Shown here piece by piece: positions 1 to 11,444 of a stretch of DNA of 64,000 nucleotides. Position 1 is the first letter of the stretch. Every line of letters begins with the position of its first letter. Source of the stretch: an uncultured Gemmatimonadales bacterium (GTDB lineage Bacteria > Gemmatimonadota > Gemmatimonadetes > Gemmatimonadales > GWC2-71-9); contig CAVPYI010000005.1 of NCBI GenBank assembly GCA_963709905.1, positions 147,897-211,896 on the forward strand, read 5' to 3'. The notes under the pieces were generated by a model. The model searched no databases, had not been told where the DNA came from, and saw only the letters and a list, made by a program, of their open reading frames with translations. The position numbers and the translations under genes are program-made.

Positions 1-614
1 ATGCCCAGGTGCCGGCGGGCGTGATCGTTGATGGCGGGACGACGGTCGACCCAGCGCAGCGCCCCGATCACGATGTAGAGCACCGCGGATCCCACCAGCG
101 CGGTAGTGGTCAGGAGCAGAATGAAGTCCTGGAGGCCGCCCAGGACCGGCAACCGCGCGATGTAGAAGCCCAACTCCCGCCCGAGCAAGGGATCGACTTC
201 GCCGTACCGCACCCCGGCCCAGCCGAGCATGAGGGGACCGGTCCACTTTCCCGTACCGCTACCCACCAGGATGCCGAGCAGCAGCCCGCCGCTGACGCTG
301 AGCCAGACGATGGCTCGCATGTTCACTGCTTCACGAATCTCCAGATTGCCCAGGCGACGGTGCACCTGGACGGATCCGATCGCCTGGTAGACCACCAGCA
401 GGTGGCCGACGAACCAGGCGCACGCGATCAGAATCCCGGCACTCTCGAGCAGCAGGGACACCACCGCCCACTTGGTGACGAATCGGACGGCCTGGGGCGA
501 AAGCTGCCCGGCCCACCAGCGCTCGGCCAGGAGCCCGGCCGTCCACCGCCCGGCGAAGAGCAGGGCGACGAACACCAGGACGATGCTGGTGATTCGGAGT
601 GCGCGAGGGGACAT
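1..614 (-). CDS. UPF0182-family integral membrane protein, N-terminal part (gene runs off the left edge)
   Basis: Minus-strand frame is open from the ATG at 614-612 to the window edge. It is absent from the ORF track because no stop lies in the window. My translation MSPRALRITSIVLVFVALLFAGRW...EVDPLLGRELGFYIARLP shows several TM segments and the DPxxGR(D/E)LGFY motif typical of UPF0182 proteins. Confidence 0.6.
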   Translation of the reverse strand, partial: MSPRALRITSIVLVFVALLFAGRWTAGLLAERWWAGQLSPQAVRFVTKWAVVSLLLESAGILIACAWFVGHLLVVYQAIGSVQVHRRLGNLEIREAVNMRAIVWLSVSGGLLLGILVGSGTGKWTGPLMLGWAGVRYGEVDPLLGRELGFYIARLPVLGGLQDFILLLTTTALVGSAVLYIVIGALRWVDRRPAINDHARRHLG

Positions 615-681
615 GCCGGGAGAAGCTAGCCCCGGAGGGCTCCGAGGGAAGGACGGGCGGGCGATCGCGACCGCGCCGGGG

Positions 682-2052
682 TCACCCGCCGGGTCCCTGT
701 GCGGCCAGCCAGCCCATGACTTCGGTGTGGTACGCGGAGAGCGCCGCCTGATCGGTCGCTTCGAAGCGCAGGACCAGGATGGGCTGGGTGTTCGACGCCC
801 GGATGAGTCCCCACCCGCGGGGAAAAGACATGCGTACGCCGTCCAGCGTGCTGACCGGATACCGGGCCGAGAAATACGCCGCCGCGCGGTCGACCAGCGC
901 CGCTTTTCGCTCATCGGCGCAATCCACCCGGATCTCCGGTGTGGCACAGGTCACCGGCAGGTCGGCCAGCAGCGGGGCAAGCCCGCCTGCCCCGTGCGAC
1001 ACGATCTCCAGCAGCCGGGCGGCGGCGAACAGGGCGTCGTCGAAGCCCAGCCAGTCACCGCCGAAGAACATGTGCCCGCTCATTTCTCCGGCCAGCACGG
1101 CGGCGCGTTCCTTCATGCGTGCCTTGATGAGCGAGTGTCCGGTCTTCCACATCTCGGGGCGGGCACCGGCGGCGGTCAGCGCGTCGGGCAGGACCTGGGA
1201 GCACTTCACATCGAAGATCACCGTGATGCCCGGACCGAAGCGCCGGACGGCGTCCCGTCCGTACAGCACCAGCAGCTGGTCGCCGAAGACTGGCGTGCCG
1301 GTCTCGTCGACCGCGCCGATGCGGTCGGCATCACCATCGAAGGCGATCCCCAGTTCGGCCCCGCTTCGTCGGACCTGACTGCGGAGATCCCTCAGGTTGT
1401 CGATGACCGTCGGGTCGGGATGGTGATTCGGGAAGGTCCCGTCCGACTCGCAGAACAGCGGGACCACGTCGGCGCCCAGGGCGGTCAGTGTGGCGACCGC
1501 GATCGGGCCCGCGACCCCGTTTCCGCAGTCGACTACCACCCGCACCGATCGCTGCAGCCGGTGTCGTTGCACGATGGCATTGCGGTACCTCGCGGCGATA
1601 CTGCCGTCAGCGGTCTCCGCTCCGGTGCCGCTCCGCCAGCGCTCGAGCTGCACCGTCTCGTACAATCGCTCGATCTGTTCGCCGTGCAGGGCCTCGCCGG
1701 CGAGGACCATCTTGAAGCCGTTGAACTCCGGCGGATTGTGCGAGCCCGTGACCTGCAGGCCTCCGTCCGCCGCCAGCGCCTGCTCGGCAAAATACAGCGC
1801 TGGGGTCGGGATCTCGCCGACGTCGATCGCGGTCCCGCCGGCCGCGATGATGCCCGCCCGCACCCCCGCGGCCAGCGCCTGGCCGGACGGACGATTGTCC
1901 CGGCCGACCGCGAGCACCGGGGCCCGCCCGATTCGCTCCCACGCCATGGTGGCGTACGCCCGGCCGAGCCCGCGCGCGAAGACCGGCGTGAGCTCGGACC
2001 CGACCAGGCCACGCACGTCGTACTGTCGGAAGACGTTCCGGGGGACCTGCAT
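682..2052 (-). CDS. phosphomannomutase/phosphoglucomutase (alpha-D-phosphohexomutase family)
   Basis: 456-aa ORF with the N-terminal FRQYDVRG motif and the active-site TGSHNPPEFNGFK phosphoserine loop. Confidence 0.9.
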   Translation of the reverse strand: MQVPRNVFRQYDVRGLVGSELTPVFARGLGRAYATMAWERIGRAPVLAVGRDNRPSGQALAAGVRAGIIAAGGTAIDVGEIPTPALYFAEQALAADGGLQVTGSHNPPEFNGFKMVLAGEALHGEQIERLYETVQLERWRSGTGAETADGSIAARYRNAIVQRHRLQRSVRVVVDCGNGVAGPIAVATLTALGADVVPLFCESDGTFPNHHPDPTVIDNLRDLRSQVRRSGAELGIAFDGDADRIGAVDETGTPVFGDQLLVLYGRDAVRRFGPGITVIFDVKCSQVLPDALTAAGARPEMWKTGHSLIKARMKERAAVLAGEMSGHMFFGGDWLGFDDALFAAARLLEIVSHGAGGLAPLLADLPVTCATPEIRVDCADERKAALVDRAAAYFSARYPVSTLDGVRMSFPRGWGLIRASNTQPILVLRFEATDQAALSAYHTEVMGWLAAQGPGG

Positions 2053-2133
2053 GGTGGGTGTGCCGGAGTGCCGGAAGTCGGAGCAGCGGTGCAGGAGTGT
2101 GGAATCCCTCCCGGCGTGACCGGTGGCCGCGGG

Positions 2134-3642
2134 TTACGGGCCGGCGACCGTCTGCCCCACCGACTGCGCCAGAGAAAAGGCAGCCTCGTCGGTGAGATGC
2201 AGAATTTCGGTGGGCCAGACGCCCAGTACCAGCATGAGAACCACGGCGACCCCGACCGCCACCGCGGCGCTCCCCGGGAGCCCACGATCGTGATAGACCA
2301 GCGGAGCCCGGGCCGGCTGCATGTACATCGACATGATCACCGGCAGATAATAGCCCGCGGAGACCACGCTGGTGATCACCAGGATCACGGCCAGCCCCCA
2401 ATGCCCGGTGACGGCGAGGGACGACAGGATATACCATTTCCCCATGAACCCGACGGTACCGGGGAAGCCAAGCAGGGAGAGCATGCAGAGCGCCATGGCG
2501 AACGCCATCCACGGCCGGGACGCCGCCAGCCCGGCGAGTTCGGCCAGGGTCACGTCCCGCTCGCCATCCCGGCCGAGGGCACCAAGCAGGGCGAACGCGG
2601 CCACGGTGGTCACACCGTAGGCGAGCAGATAGAACGTCATCGCCGAAATCCCGAACGGCGTGCCGGGCCAGGTTGCGGCCAGCAGGTACCCGGCATGCGC
2701 GATCGAGCTGTAGGCGAGCATCCGTTTGACCGACCGCTGGTTGAGCGCCACCAGGTTGCCCAGGATCATGGACGCGGCGGACAGCCCGAAGATGATCGGC
2801 TGCCACTCGACCGTCGCCGCCTGGAATCCGGTGTACAGGACCCGGGCGAACGCCACAAACCCCGCCGTCTTCACCGCGGCCGCCATGAAGCCACTCACCG
2901 GAGTCGGAGCACCATCGTAGACGTCCGGCGCCCACATGTGGAACGGGACCGCCGCCACCTTGAAGCCGAAGCCGATCACCAGCAGGCCGAATCCCAGCCG
3001 GGCCATCAGGGACAGGTCGCCCAGCGAAAACTGGGCCCCGATCAGGACCAGGTTGGTGGTCCCGGCGGCGCCGTACACCAGCGCGATGCCGTACAGCAGG
3101 AAGCCCGACGCGAACGCCCCGATCAGGAAATACTTGAGTGCCGCCTCGGCGGAGAAGATATTGCCCCGATTGTACCCGGCGAGCACGTAGACGGCCACCG
3201 ACATGGTCTCAAGACCGAGGAACAGCACGATGAGATCCTGGGCGTTCACCATGAACAGCATGCCGACCACGGCGAGCAGGACCAGGACGTAATACTCCGG
3301 GGCCACCAGCCGCTCCCGCTCGAGATATCCCAGCGCGGCCAGCACCGACCCCGCCGCCACCAGCAGGATCAGGGCTGAAGTGACGTACCGGAACGCATCC
3401 AGCGCGATCATCTGCCCCAGACCAGGCTCCGCCGGCGTATTGCGCACCAGCCAGAGCAGCGCCAGCGCCGCGAGTCCCAGGCCGCCCAGGCTCAGCCAGC
3501 CGGCCAGGCGGCTGTCCCGCGCATCGGCATGGCGCCAGCTGACCACCAGCAGGACGGCGAGCGCCGCGACCGAGAGCACCACCTCCGGCAGCAGGGCCAG
3601 GACGGTGCCGACCGGCGTGGTTGGATCGATCGGCATGGTCAT
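2134..3642 (-). CDS. nuoN: NADH-quinone oxidoreductase subunit N
   Basis: Polytopic antiporter-like protein, last gene of the nuo operon. Start set at ATG 3642, which forms an ATGA overlap with the nuoM stop. The longer track ORF to 4323 runs through nuoM in another frame. Confidence 0.9.
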   Translation of the reverse strand: MTMPIDPTTPVGTVLALLPEVVLSVAALAVLLVVSWRHADARDSRLAGWLSLGGLGLAALALLWLVRNTPAEPGLGQMIALDAFRYVTSALILLVAAGSVLAALGYLERERLVAPEYYVLVLLAVVGMLFMVNAQDLIVLFLGLETMSVAVYVLAGYNRGNIFSAEAALKYFLIGAFASGFLLYGIALVYGAAGTTNLVLIGAQFSLGDLSLMARLGFGLLVIGFGFKVAAVPFHMWAPDVYDGAPTPVSGFMAAAVKTAGFVAFARVLYTGFQAATVEWQPIIFGLSAASMILGNLVALNQRSVKRMLAYSSIAHAGYLLAATWPGTPFGISAMTFYLLAYGVTTVAAFALLGALGRDGERDVTLAELAGLAASRPWMAFAMALCMLSLLGFPGTVGFMGKWYILSSLAVTGHWGLAVILVITSVVSAGYYLPVIMSMYMQPARAPLVYHDRGLPGSAAVAVGVAVVLMLVLGVWPTEILHLTDEAAFSLAQSVGQTVAGP

Positions 3643-5201
3643 GGGCGCTCCTCTCGAGAGCGCTGAAGGGCGGTTTCGGGGTGCTGTGACAGACCGGGCC
3701 GCACGAGTTCCACATACCGCCTGGCCGCGGCATCCATCCGGTCGAGCACCGGCCCGGGGTACAGTCCCAGCCACACCATCCCCGCGACCAGCGGCAACAC
3801 CACCCAGAGTTCCCGCGGGCTGAGGTCGCGGAGGTGCGCGTTTTCGGTCTTGTCCAACCGGTTGAACAACACCCGCTGCAGGGCCCAGAGCAGGTAGGCG
3901 GCGGCGAAGATCACCCCCGTGGTCGCGATGCCGGTTGCCCAGGGGTGGCGCTCGAAGCTCCCCAGCAGCACCAGGAATTCGCCCACGAATCCGCTCAGCC
4001 CCGGGAGCCCGATCGAAGCGAGCGAGGTGATCACCAGGATGAGCGAGAACACCGGGATCACCGCCGCCAGTCCGCCGTAGGCGTGGATCTCGCGGGTGTG
4101 CCGCCGCTCGTACAGCATTCCGATCAGCAGGAACAGGGCGCCGGTCGACAGGCCGTGCCCGATCATGATCATCAGGGCGCCCTGCACGCTCTGCAGCGTG
4201 GCGGCCCAGATGCCCAACATCACGAATCCCAGGTGGCTGACCGACGAGTACGCCACCAGCTTCTTCACATCCGGCTGGACCATCGCCACCAGCGCGCCGT
4301 ACACCACCCCGATCACGGCGCACCCGATCACGATGGTGGTGACCGCCGGCGACAGCGCCACATCGGGAAAGAACGGCACCGCAAACCGCAGGAATCCGTA
4401 GGTCCCCATCTTGAGCAGGATGCTCGCCAGGATCACCGACCCCGCCGTGGGCGCCTCCACGTGGGCATCGGGCAGCCAGGTGTGGAAGGGAAACATCGGC
4501 ACTTTGATCGCGAAGGCGAGAGCGAAGGCGGCGAAGAGCCAGGGAGCCAGCCCGCCGAGCTGGCGGGCACCGACGAGAAACGCGTCATAGTCGAACGTCG
4601 GGGTCCCCGTGACCTTCGAGATCTGGAACATCATCAGCAGAATCGCCAGCAGCATGAGCAGCGAACCGGCCATCGTGTAGATGAAGAACTTGATCGCCGC
4701 GTACAGCCGGTTCCGGCCGCCCCAGATCCCGATGATGAAGTACATCGGAATCAGCATGAGCTCCCAGAACACGTAGAACAGGAACATGTCGAGGGCCAGG
4801 AACACCCCGAGCATGCCCGTCACGAGCACGAGGAGCAGGCCGTAGTACAGCCGCTCGCGTTCGGTGATGTAGTCATAGCTGCTCAGGACGGCGAGCGGCA
4901 TGATCGTCGTGGTCAGCAGCACCATGAAGAGCGAGATCCCATCGAGGCCGACCCGGTAGCTGATTCCCCACTCCGGCAGCCACGGGATGGTCATCCCGAA
5001 CTGCATCGCCGCGGTCGACGCATCGAACGCCCACCAGAGCCCCAGCGACACCACCAGTTCCACGATGGTGACGGCGAGGGCGATGTACCGCGCCTGCCGC
5101 GCCGGTGCCACCGCTATCGGGATGGCCCCCAGCAGGGGCAGCACGAGCAGCGCGTTCAGGACCCAGCGGTCGTAGCCGATGGCGCTCAGAAGATCGATCA
5201 T
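3639..5201 (-). CDS. nuoM: NADH-quinone oxidoreductase subunit M
   Basis: 520-aa Mrp/antiporter-like membrane protein between nuoL and nuoN. Confidence 0.93.
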   Translation of the reverse strand: MIDLLSAIGYDRWVLNALLVLPLLGAIPIAVAPARQARYIALAVTIVELVVSLGLWWAFDASTAAMQFGMTIPWLPEWGISYRVGLDGISLFMVLLTTTIMPLAVLSSYDYITERERLYYGLLLVLVTGMLGVFLALDMFLFYVFWELMLIPMYFIIGIWGGRNRLYAAIKFFIYTMAGSLLMLLAILLMMFQISKVTGTPTFDYDAFLVGARQLGGLAPWLFAAFALAFAIKVPMFPFHTWLPDAHVEAPTAGSVILASILLKMGTYGFLRFAVPFFPDVALSPAVTTIVIGCAVIGVVYGALVAMVQPDVKKLVAYSSVSHLGFVMLGIWAATLQSVQGALMIMIGHGLSTGALFLLIGMLYERRHTREIHAYGGLAAVIPVFSLILVITSLASIGLPGLSGFVGEFLVLLGSFERHPWATGIATTGVIFAAAYLLWALQRVLFNRLDKTENAHLRDLSPRELWVVLPLVAGMVWLGLYPGPVLDRMDAAARRYVELVRPGLSQHPETALQRSREERP

Positions 5202-5232
5202 CGCTCGCTTTCAGGCGCCGGGCGCCGGCTGC

Positions 5233-7254
5233 TCATCTCCACGCCACCATGCCCAGCACGAACAGCGCGCCCACCAGAAACAGCATCACGTACACCCCCA
5301 CCTGTCCGGTCTGAAGCCGGCTGCCGAGCCAGCCCAGGGCCCGTGACAAGCCGGCGGACCCGTTCACCCCCGCCCCGTCGATGACACCCATGTCCACCTT
5401 CCTCCAGAGGACGTTTCGGGAGAGGCGGACCAGCGGGTCGACGAGGAAGCGATCGTACAGCTCATCCACGTAGTACTTGTGGTACAGCAGCTTCCAGATG
5501 CCGTGTTCGGCCGGCGCTTCGCGCGCCGGGACAGTCCGTCCGCGCAGGGTCGCGGTCCATCCCAGGGCCAGGCCGATCAAGGCGACCGCGATGGCGACCA
5601 CGACCAGCGTGGTCTCGACGCTTCCGTGCGGCGCTTCGGCCACCGTGCCCAGACCGGCCGCAATCTCGGCCCCGCGGGCGGCCACCGGCTCGAGCCAGTG
5701 ATGGAGCCGTTCGGCGTGACCGAGGCCCCCGGCGAACGCCGGCAGATTCAGCCAGCCGCCGACGATGCTCAACAGACCGAGCACCACCAGGGGTCCGGTC
5801 ATGATCCAGGGCGCCTCGTGGAGGTGCTTGCGCTCTTCCGCCCCCGTGCGATTCTCGCCGAAGAACGTCATCGCCACCAGGCGAGCCATGTAGTACGCGG
5901 TGAGGAAGGCCGCCACCACGCCCATGGCCCAGAAGTACCGGAAGATCGGCTGGTGCTCCCCGCGTCCGAACGTGACGGCCAGGATCTCATCCTTCGAGAA
6001 GAAGCCGGCGAAGGGCGGCACCCCGGCGATCGCCAGCGTGGCGACGATCATCAGGCCGGCGGTGACGGGCAGGTACCGGGCCAGGCCGCCCATGTTCCGC
6101 ATGTCCTGGGCGTCGTCGTGTCGATGGGTCGCGTGGTAGGCGTGGTGCATCGCGTGGATCACGCTGCCGGAACCGAGAAACAGCAGCGCCTTGAAGAAGG
6201 CGTGCGTTACCAGATGAAAGATGCCTGCCGTGATCGCCCCGGTCCCGACGCCGAGGAACATGTACCCCAGCTGCGACACGGTGGAATACGCCAGCACCCG
6301 CTTGATGTCGTACTGCCGGAGCCCGATCGTGGCCGCGAACAGCGCGGTGAGCGCCCCGATGCCCGCCACCACCACCTGGCTGGTCGGTGCGAGGGCGAAC
6401 AGCACATTGGTCCGCGCCACCAGGTACACGCCGGCCGTGACCATGGTAGCGGCGTGGATCAGCGCCGACACCGGCGTCGGGCCGGCCATGGCATCAGGCA
6501 ACCAGGTGTACAGCGGAATCTGGGCCGACTTGCCCACACAGCCGAGGAAGAGAAAGAGCGTGATGGCGGTGACCAGCGCGCCGCCCGCGGGGAGCACCTC
6601 GGCGGCCCGCGGAAAGACGTCCCGGTAATCCAGGGCACCGAAGGCCTGCCAGATCATGAACATCGCGATGAGGAAGCCGAAGTCCCCGATCCGGTTGACG
6701 ATGAAGGCTTTCTTTCCGGCATCGGCGTTGGCCTTGTCGGAGAACCAGAATCCGATCAGCAGATACGAGCACAGCCCCACGCCCTCCCAGCCGATGAACA
6801 TCATCGGGAAACTGGCGCCCAGCACCAGCACCAGCATGAAGACGATGAACAGATTCAGGTAGGCGAAATACCGGGCGTACCCCGGGTCCGCCTTCATGTA
6901 CCCGACGCTGAACAGGTGGATCAGGCTCCCCACGCCGGTGACCACCAGCAGCAGGACCATCGAGAGCTGATCGAACTGGAAGGCAAAATTGACCTGCAGA
7001 CCGCCGACCGGAATCCAGGACCAGAGCGACACCACCGGGGCGAGCTCGGGCTCTGTTGCCCACACCGCGGCGAGGTCCCGGAAGCGCAGCAGGCTCGCGG
7101 CGAACGCCCCGAGCAGCACCGCCGGCCCGATGATCGACACGGCCATCTTCGCCTGGGGACGCCACAGCGCGATGGCCCCGTTGAGGAGGAAGCCCAGCAT
7201 CGGCAGGCCGATGATGAGGGCGATGTCGACGGGCCCGAGTGCCTGGGGCATCAT
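5233..7254 (-). CDS. nuoL: NADH-quinone oxidoreductase subunit L
   Basis: Approx. 673-aa antiporter-like subunit. Start chosen at ATGATG 7254, an ATGA overlap with the nuoK stop at 7251-7253. The upstream part of the 739-aa ORF is Arg/Gly-rich and overlaps nuoK. Confidence 0.9.
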   Translation of the reverse strand: MMPQALGPVDIALIIGLPMLGFLLNGAIALWRPQAKMAVSIIGPAVLLGAFAASLLRFRDLAAVWATEPELAPVVSLWSWIPVGGLQVNFAFQFDQLSMVLLLVVTGVGSLIHLFSVGYMKADPGYARYFAYLNLFIVFMLVLVLGASFPMMFIGWEGVGLCSYLLIGFWFSDKANADAGKKAFIVNRIGDFGFLIAMFMIWQAFGALDYRDVFPRAAEVLPAGGALVTAITLFLFLGCVGKSAQIPLYTWLPDAMAGPTPVSALIHAATMVTAGVYLVARTNVLFALAPTSQVVVAGIGALTALFAATIGLRQYDIKRVLAYSTVSQLGYMFLGVGTGAITAGIFHLVTHAFFKALLFLGSGSVIHAMHHAYHATHRHDDAQDMRNMGGLARYLPVTAGLMIVATLAIAGVPPFAGFFSKDEILAVTFGRGEHQPIFRYFWAMGVVAAFLTAYYMARLVAMTFFGENRTGAEERKHLHEAPWIMTGPLVVLGLLSIVGGWLNLPAFAGGLGHAERLHHWLEPVAARGAEIAAGLGTVAEAPHGSVETTLVVVAIAVALIGLALGWTATLRGRTVPAREAPAEHGIWKLLYHKYYVDELYDRFLVDPLVRLSRNVLWRKVDMGVIDGAGVNGSAGLSRALGWLGSRLQTGQVGVYVMLFLVGALFVLGMVAWR

Positions 7255-7546
7255 CCCTTGAGAAGGTTGATGTTCTGGAGGTCCACCGACCGATGATGCC
7301 GGAAGACTGCCAGGATGATCGCCAGTCCGACCGCGGCCTCGGCGGCCGCCACCGTCATGACGAAGAAGACGAAGATCTGGCCGGGCAATCCATAGGCCTG
7401 CGAGAGGGCGATGAACGTCAGGTTCACGGCGTTCAGCATCAGCTCCACGCACATGAAGATCACGATCGCGTTGCGCCGCAGCAGGACGCCCAGGACGCCG
7501 ATGCCGAACAGCACCGCCGACACGCCCAGCGCCGGGCCCACCAGGC

Positions 7547-7550
<4 letters not shown>
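7251..7550 (-). CDS. nuoK: NADH-quinone oxidoreductase subunit K
   Basis: 99-aa three-TM protein, [44 protein letters not shown], in operon position. Confidence 0.93.
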
Positions 7551-8121
<571 letters not shown>

Positions 8122-8125
<4 letters not shown>

Positions 8126-8643
8126 TCGCCTTTCGGGTCGGTGGGATCCCAGAGGGTCGACACCGGATGGGTCTGCGAAGACAGCCGTTCGAGATCGTAG
8201 ACGAACCGGTCGCGACTGTACTCGGCGTTCTCATAGTGCACGCCCACGTGAATCGCTTCCTCGGGACAGACCTCCTGGCAGTACCCGCAGAACACGCAGC
8301 GGAACTCGTCGATCTCGTAGATCAGCGGGTAGCGGTTGCCCTCCTCATCCTCGCCCGGCACCAGCTTGATGCAGTTGGCCGGACAGATCTGCGGGCAGAG
8401 GCCACAGGCCACGCATTTCGAGCGTCCCTGCTCGTCAGTGAGCATGCGATGGGTCCCGCGCCAGCGCGAGGACAGGGTCCAGGCGCCGCGGGCGGCCTCG
8501 GGCGCGCTCTTCTCCTCGGGGTACTGCATCGTCACCTTCGGCTCGAGCATCTTGCGGAAGGTGATCGCCATGCCCTTGAGCGTGGCGCGCACGTAACTCA
8601 CCCCTCGCTCCGGCCGTTTCAGGACCTTCACGCCAATTGCCAT
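8122..8643 (-). CDS. nuoI: NADH-quinone oxidoreductase subunit I (2x[4Fe-4S] ferredoxin)
   Basis: Two CxxCxxCxxxCP motifs (CVACGLCPQICP and CVFCGYCQEVCP). Confidence 0.95.
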
Positions 8644-8650
8644 AGGCTCC

Positions 8651-9880
8651 TCACGCCAGCCGCTCCAGGCTGCGCCGGGGCGCCGGGCCCTGCGACCCGC
8701 TGATCAGCAACCCCCGATCGACGACCCGGAACACGATGTATCCCAGCCCCACGTTGATCAGCGTGAGGATCAGCAGCTTCACCATCGCGGAGCTCGCGGC
8801 GAGCACCGTGTCCGTGAGATAGATCGCGCCGGCGATGAGCATCACGTAGGCCAGCCCGATGGGCATCAGCACCTTCCAGCCGAGCGCCATGAGCTGGTCG
8901 TACCGGAACCGCGGCAGGGTCCAGCGGACCCACATGAACACGAACAGCCAGAAGAACACCTTGAGGAACATCACCGCGCCGGTGACGATCGTCTGCAGCA
9001 CGCCGGGGGTTTCGTCCCAGTGGGTCAGGGGGATGTCCCATCCCCCCAGGAACAGGACGGTGACCATGGCCGACACCGTCACCATGTTGGCATACTCGGC
9101 GATGAAGAACATCGAGAACTTCATGGCCGAGTACTCGGTGTGATACCCGGCGATCAGCTCCGATTCGGCTTCCGGCATGTCGAACGGCAGCCGGTTGGTC
9201 TCCGCAAACCCGGCGACCAGGAAGATGAAGAACGAGAGGAACAGCGGCAGGATGAAGGGCAATCCCTGTTGCTGGGCCCGGATGATCTCGCCGAACGCCG
9301 CGTCGCCGGTCAGCATCAGCACCGGGACGATGGCGAGTCCCATCGCGACCTCGTACGACACCATCTGGGCGCTCGCCCGGAGGCCGCCCAGCAGCGAGTA
9401 CTTGTTGTTGGACGACCAGCCGGCCAGCGCGATCCCGTACACCCCGGTGGAACTCACCGCCAGCACGAACAGGATCCCGATGGGCAGATCCACCACCGCC
9501 ATGGACGTCAGCGCGTCATACGTGAACCGGCCCAGCGGCGGCAGCGTGAAGTCGAACTGGAGCCGCAGCGGCGCGGCCCAGGGAATCAGCGATCCCAGAA
9601 TCAGCGCGGGCGTGAATGCCAGCACCGGCGCCAGCGTGAACAGACCGCGGTTGGCCGTGCCCGGAAAGGTCTCTTCCTTGAGAATGTTCTTGAGGCCATC
9701 GGCGGCGGGCTGCAGCAGCCCCCCGAAACCCACCCGGTTCGGGCCGAGGCGGTACTGCATCCAGGCGGAGACCTTGCGCTCCATCAGGGTCAGCAGTGCC
9801 ACGCCCACCAGCGTGATGGTGAACACCACGATCAGCTTGATCGCGGACACCAGCACCAGGCCCTTGATCTCGGGTGTCAT
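8651..9880 (-). CDS. nuoH: NADH-quinone oxidoreductase subunit H
   Basis: 409-aa polytopic protein with ND1/NuoH-like segments (RKVSAWMQYRLGPNRVG, FAETNRLPFDMPEAESEL). Confidence 0.95.
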   Translation of the reverse strand: MTPEIKGLVLVSAIKLIVVFTITLVGVALLTLMERKVSAWMQYRLGPNRVGFGGLLQPAADGLKNILKEETFPGTANRGLFTLAPVLAFTPALILGSLIPWAAPLRLQFDFTLPPLGRFTYDALTSMAVVDLPIGILFVLAVSSTGVYGIALAGWSSNNKYSLLGGLRASAQMVSYEVAMGLAIVPVLMLTGDAAFGEIIRAQQQGLPFILPLFLSFFIFLVAGFAETNRLPFDMPEAESELIAGYHTEYSAMKFSMFFIAEYANMVTVSAMVTVLFLGGWDIPLTHWDETPGVLQTIVTGAVMFLKVFFWLFVFMWVRWTLPRFRYDQLMALGWKVLMPIGLAYVMLIAGAIYLTDTVLAASSAMVKLLILTLINVGLGYIVFRVVDRGLLISGSQGPAPRRSLERLA

Positions 9881-9883
9881 TGC

Positions 9884-11443
9884 CTAGGCTCCGGCGCCGG
9901 CCGTGGCGCGGACCACGCGGCCGGTCAGCCCGAGGTCGGCGTACGTCAGCCCGCCCAGTGCGGCGCTGGTCGCCGCGACCGCGGCGAACGCCTCGGCCGC
10001 CGTCGCCACCTCCGCCGCGCCGGCCATCGCGGCGACCCACCAGGCCGGCCGGGCCATCCCCGGCGGGGTGCGCGCCTGCTGATAGCGCTGCACCCGGCCA
10101 TCGCGGTTGACGAAGGCCCCGCTCTCTTCGGCGACATTGGTCACCGGCAGCACCAGTTCAGCGCCCGGCAGCTCCTGGCCAACCGTGGTGCCAAGAACGA
10201 CCACGGCGCCGGCCCCCGACACCAGCGTTCTCTCGGCCTCGGTCAGGGTCACGTCGACCAGCACGACGAGGTCGGCGGCGGCGGCGGCGGCCTGCAGCGC
10301 GGCCTCCCAGTCGGTCGAGTAGCCCAGGAGCCGGGCCCCGTCCCCATTCGGTGCGCGCTCCCGGCGGAGCGCGAGTCCCGGGATTCCGGTGAGCGGCTCT
10401 TCCCGGTCGCCCAGCGGCACTTGCACCGCCGCCGTCAGCTGGGTCGATCCCAGCAGCGCCTTGAGCAGGCCGAGGGACTCGACCGACGCACCGCCGGAGG
10501 CGAGCAGCACGGCCCGCCCACCCTTGGCGACCAGCATGCCGAGCCGGGCCAGCGCCGCCTTCCACTCGGTCGCCGCGTGGCGTCCGCCGTCCCGCAGCAG
10601 CGGCGCTTCGATGCGGTCGCCACGATTCATCCAGCGGTAGCTCATCCGGCCATGATCGCACATGAAATGCCGGTTGACCTCCAGATTCGGCCGCGGACGG
10701 AGCCGGACCACGGTGTTGTCCCGGGTGTCGATGGTGATGTTGCAGCCCTGCGAGCAGCCGGAACAGACGCTGGCGGTCTTGTCGAGCTCCCAGGCGCGGG
10801 CCTTGTGCAGGAAATCCTTGGAGATCAGCGAGCCCACCGGACAGAGATCGACCACGTTGCCCGCCCAGGGGTGATCCAGCGGCTGGCCTTCGTCGATGCC
10901 GATGTACGCGCGGTCCCCGCGCTCCGAGACGTTCAGCACCGGCGCCGCGGCGACATCCTCCATGAAACGGACACACCGGGTGCAGAGAATGCAGCGGTTG
11001 GCCACGTACAGCACGTCGGGCCCGAAGTCCTCGACCGGGTTGTAGCGCTTGGCGTACTCGGCATACCGGGTGCCGCTCCGGCCCTCCTGGAACACATAGT
11101 CCTGCAGCTCGCACTCCCCGGCCTGATCGCAGATCGGGCAGTCGAGCGGATGGTTGATGAGCAGGAACTCGAGCACGCTGGTCCGGGCGGATCGGGCCGC
11201 GTCGCTCCCGGTGTGCACCACCTGCCCTTCCGCCACCGCGGTGACGCAGGCCGGCATGAGCTTGGGGGCCTTCTCGACCTCGACCAGGCACATCCGGCAC
11301 ACGGCGGGCGAAGGCAGCGACGGGTGGTAACAGTAGTGCGGCACCAGCACGCCCGCGCTCTTGGCGGCCTCGATGATGGTGGTGCCCTTGGGGACCTGTA
11401 CCACCATGCCGTCGATCGTGACGTTGACGAGGTCTTGGGTCAT
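9884..11443 (-). CDS. nuoG: NADH-quinone oxidoreductase subunit G (short form, about 519 aa)
   Basis: N-terminal 2Fe-2S ferredoxin fold (VTIDG..VPKGTTIIEAA, CYHPSL..AVCRMCLVEV), followed by 4Fe-4S cysteine clusters and a molybdopterin-oxidoreductase-like Fe4S4 motif. Start set at ATG 11443, directly after the nuoF stop. Confidence 0.88.
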   Translation of the reverse strand: MTQDLVNVTIDGMVVQVPKGTTIIEAAKSAGVLVPHYCYHPSLPSPAVCRMCLVEVEKAPKLMPACVTAVAEGQVVHTGSDAARSARTSVLEFLLINHPLDCPICDQAGECELQDYVFQEGRSGTRYAEYAKRYNPVEDFGPDVLYVANRCILCTRCVRFMEDVAAAPVLNVSERGDRAYIGIDEGQPLDHPWAGNVVDLCPVGSLISKDFLHKARAWELDKTASVCSGCSQGCNITIDTRDNTVVRLRPRPNLEVNRHFMCDHGRMSYRWMNRGDRIEAPLLRDGGRHAATEWKAALARLGMLVAKGGRAVLLASGGASVESLGLLKALLGSTQLTAAVQVPLGDREEPLTGIPGLALRRERAPNGDGARLLGYSTDWEAALQAAAAAADLVVLVDVTLTEAERTLVSGAGAVVVLGTTVGQELPGAELVLPVTNVAEESGAFVNRDGRVQRYQQARTPPGMARPAWWVAAMAGAAEVATAAEAFAAVAATSAALGGLTYADLGLTGRVVRATAGAGA

Positions 11444-11444
11444 G

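Noticed and set aside
2060-2130. Possible tenth repeat element in the nuoN-phosphomannomutase spacer (gtgccgga gtgccgga agtcggag).
   Set aside because: There are only about 2.5 units and I could not find a convincing complementary arm, so it is too weak to call.
472-3378. Very long ORFs on the opposite strand or in alternative frames of recognised genes. Examples: 472-3378 (+, 968 aa), 3834-5384, 5479-7296, 9020-11482, 37114-38943, 38664-40136, 46182-47690.
   Set aside because: They are antisense or out of frame to genes with clear family motifs. Their translations are Arg/Gly/Pro/His-rich low complexity, typical of stop-poor frames in very GC-rich DNA, and none shows a recognisable motif.
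9884-11443. NuoG is only about 519 aa, far shorter than the E. coli or Thermus homologues, suggesting a truncated molybdopterin-like domain.
   Set aside because: The ORF is uninterrupted and tightly coupled to nuoF and nuoH. Short NuoG forms exist in several lineages, and without an alignment I cannot show this is unusual for the clade.
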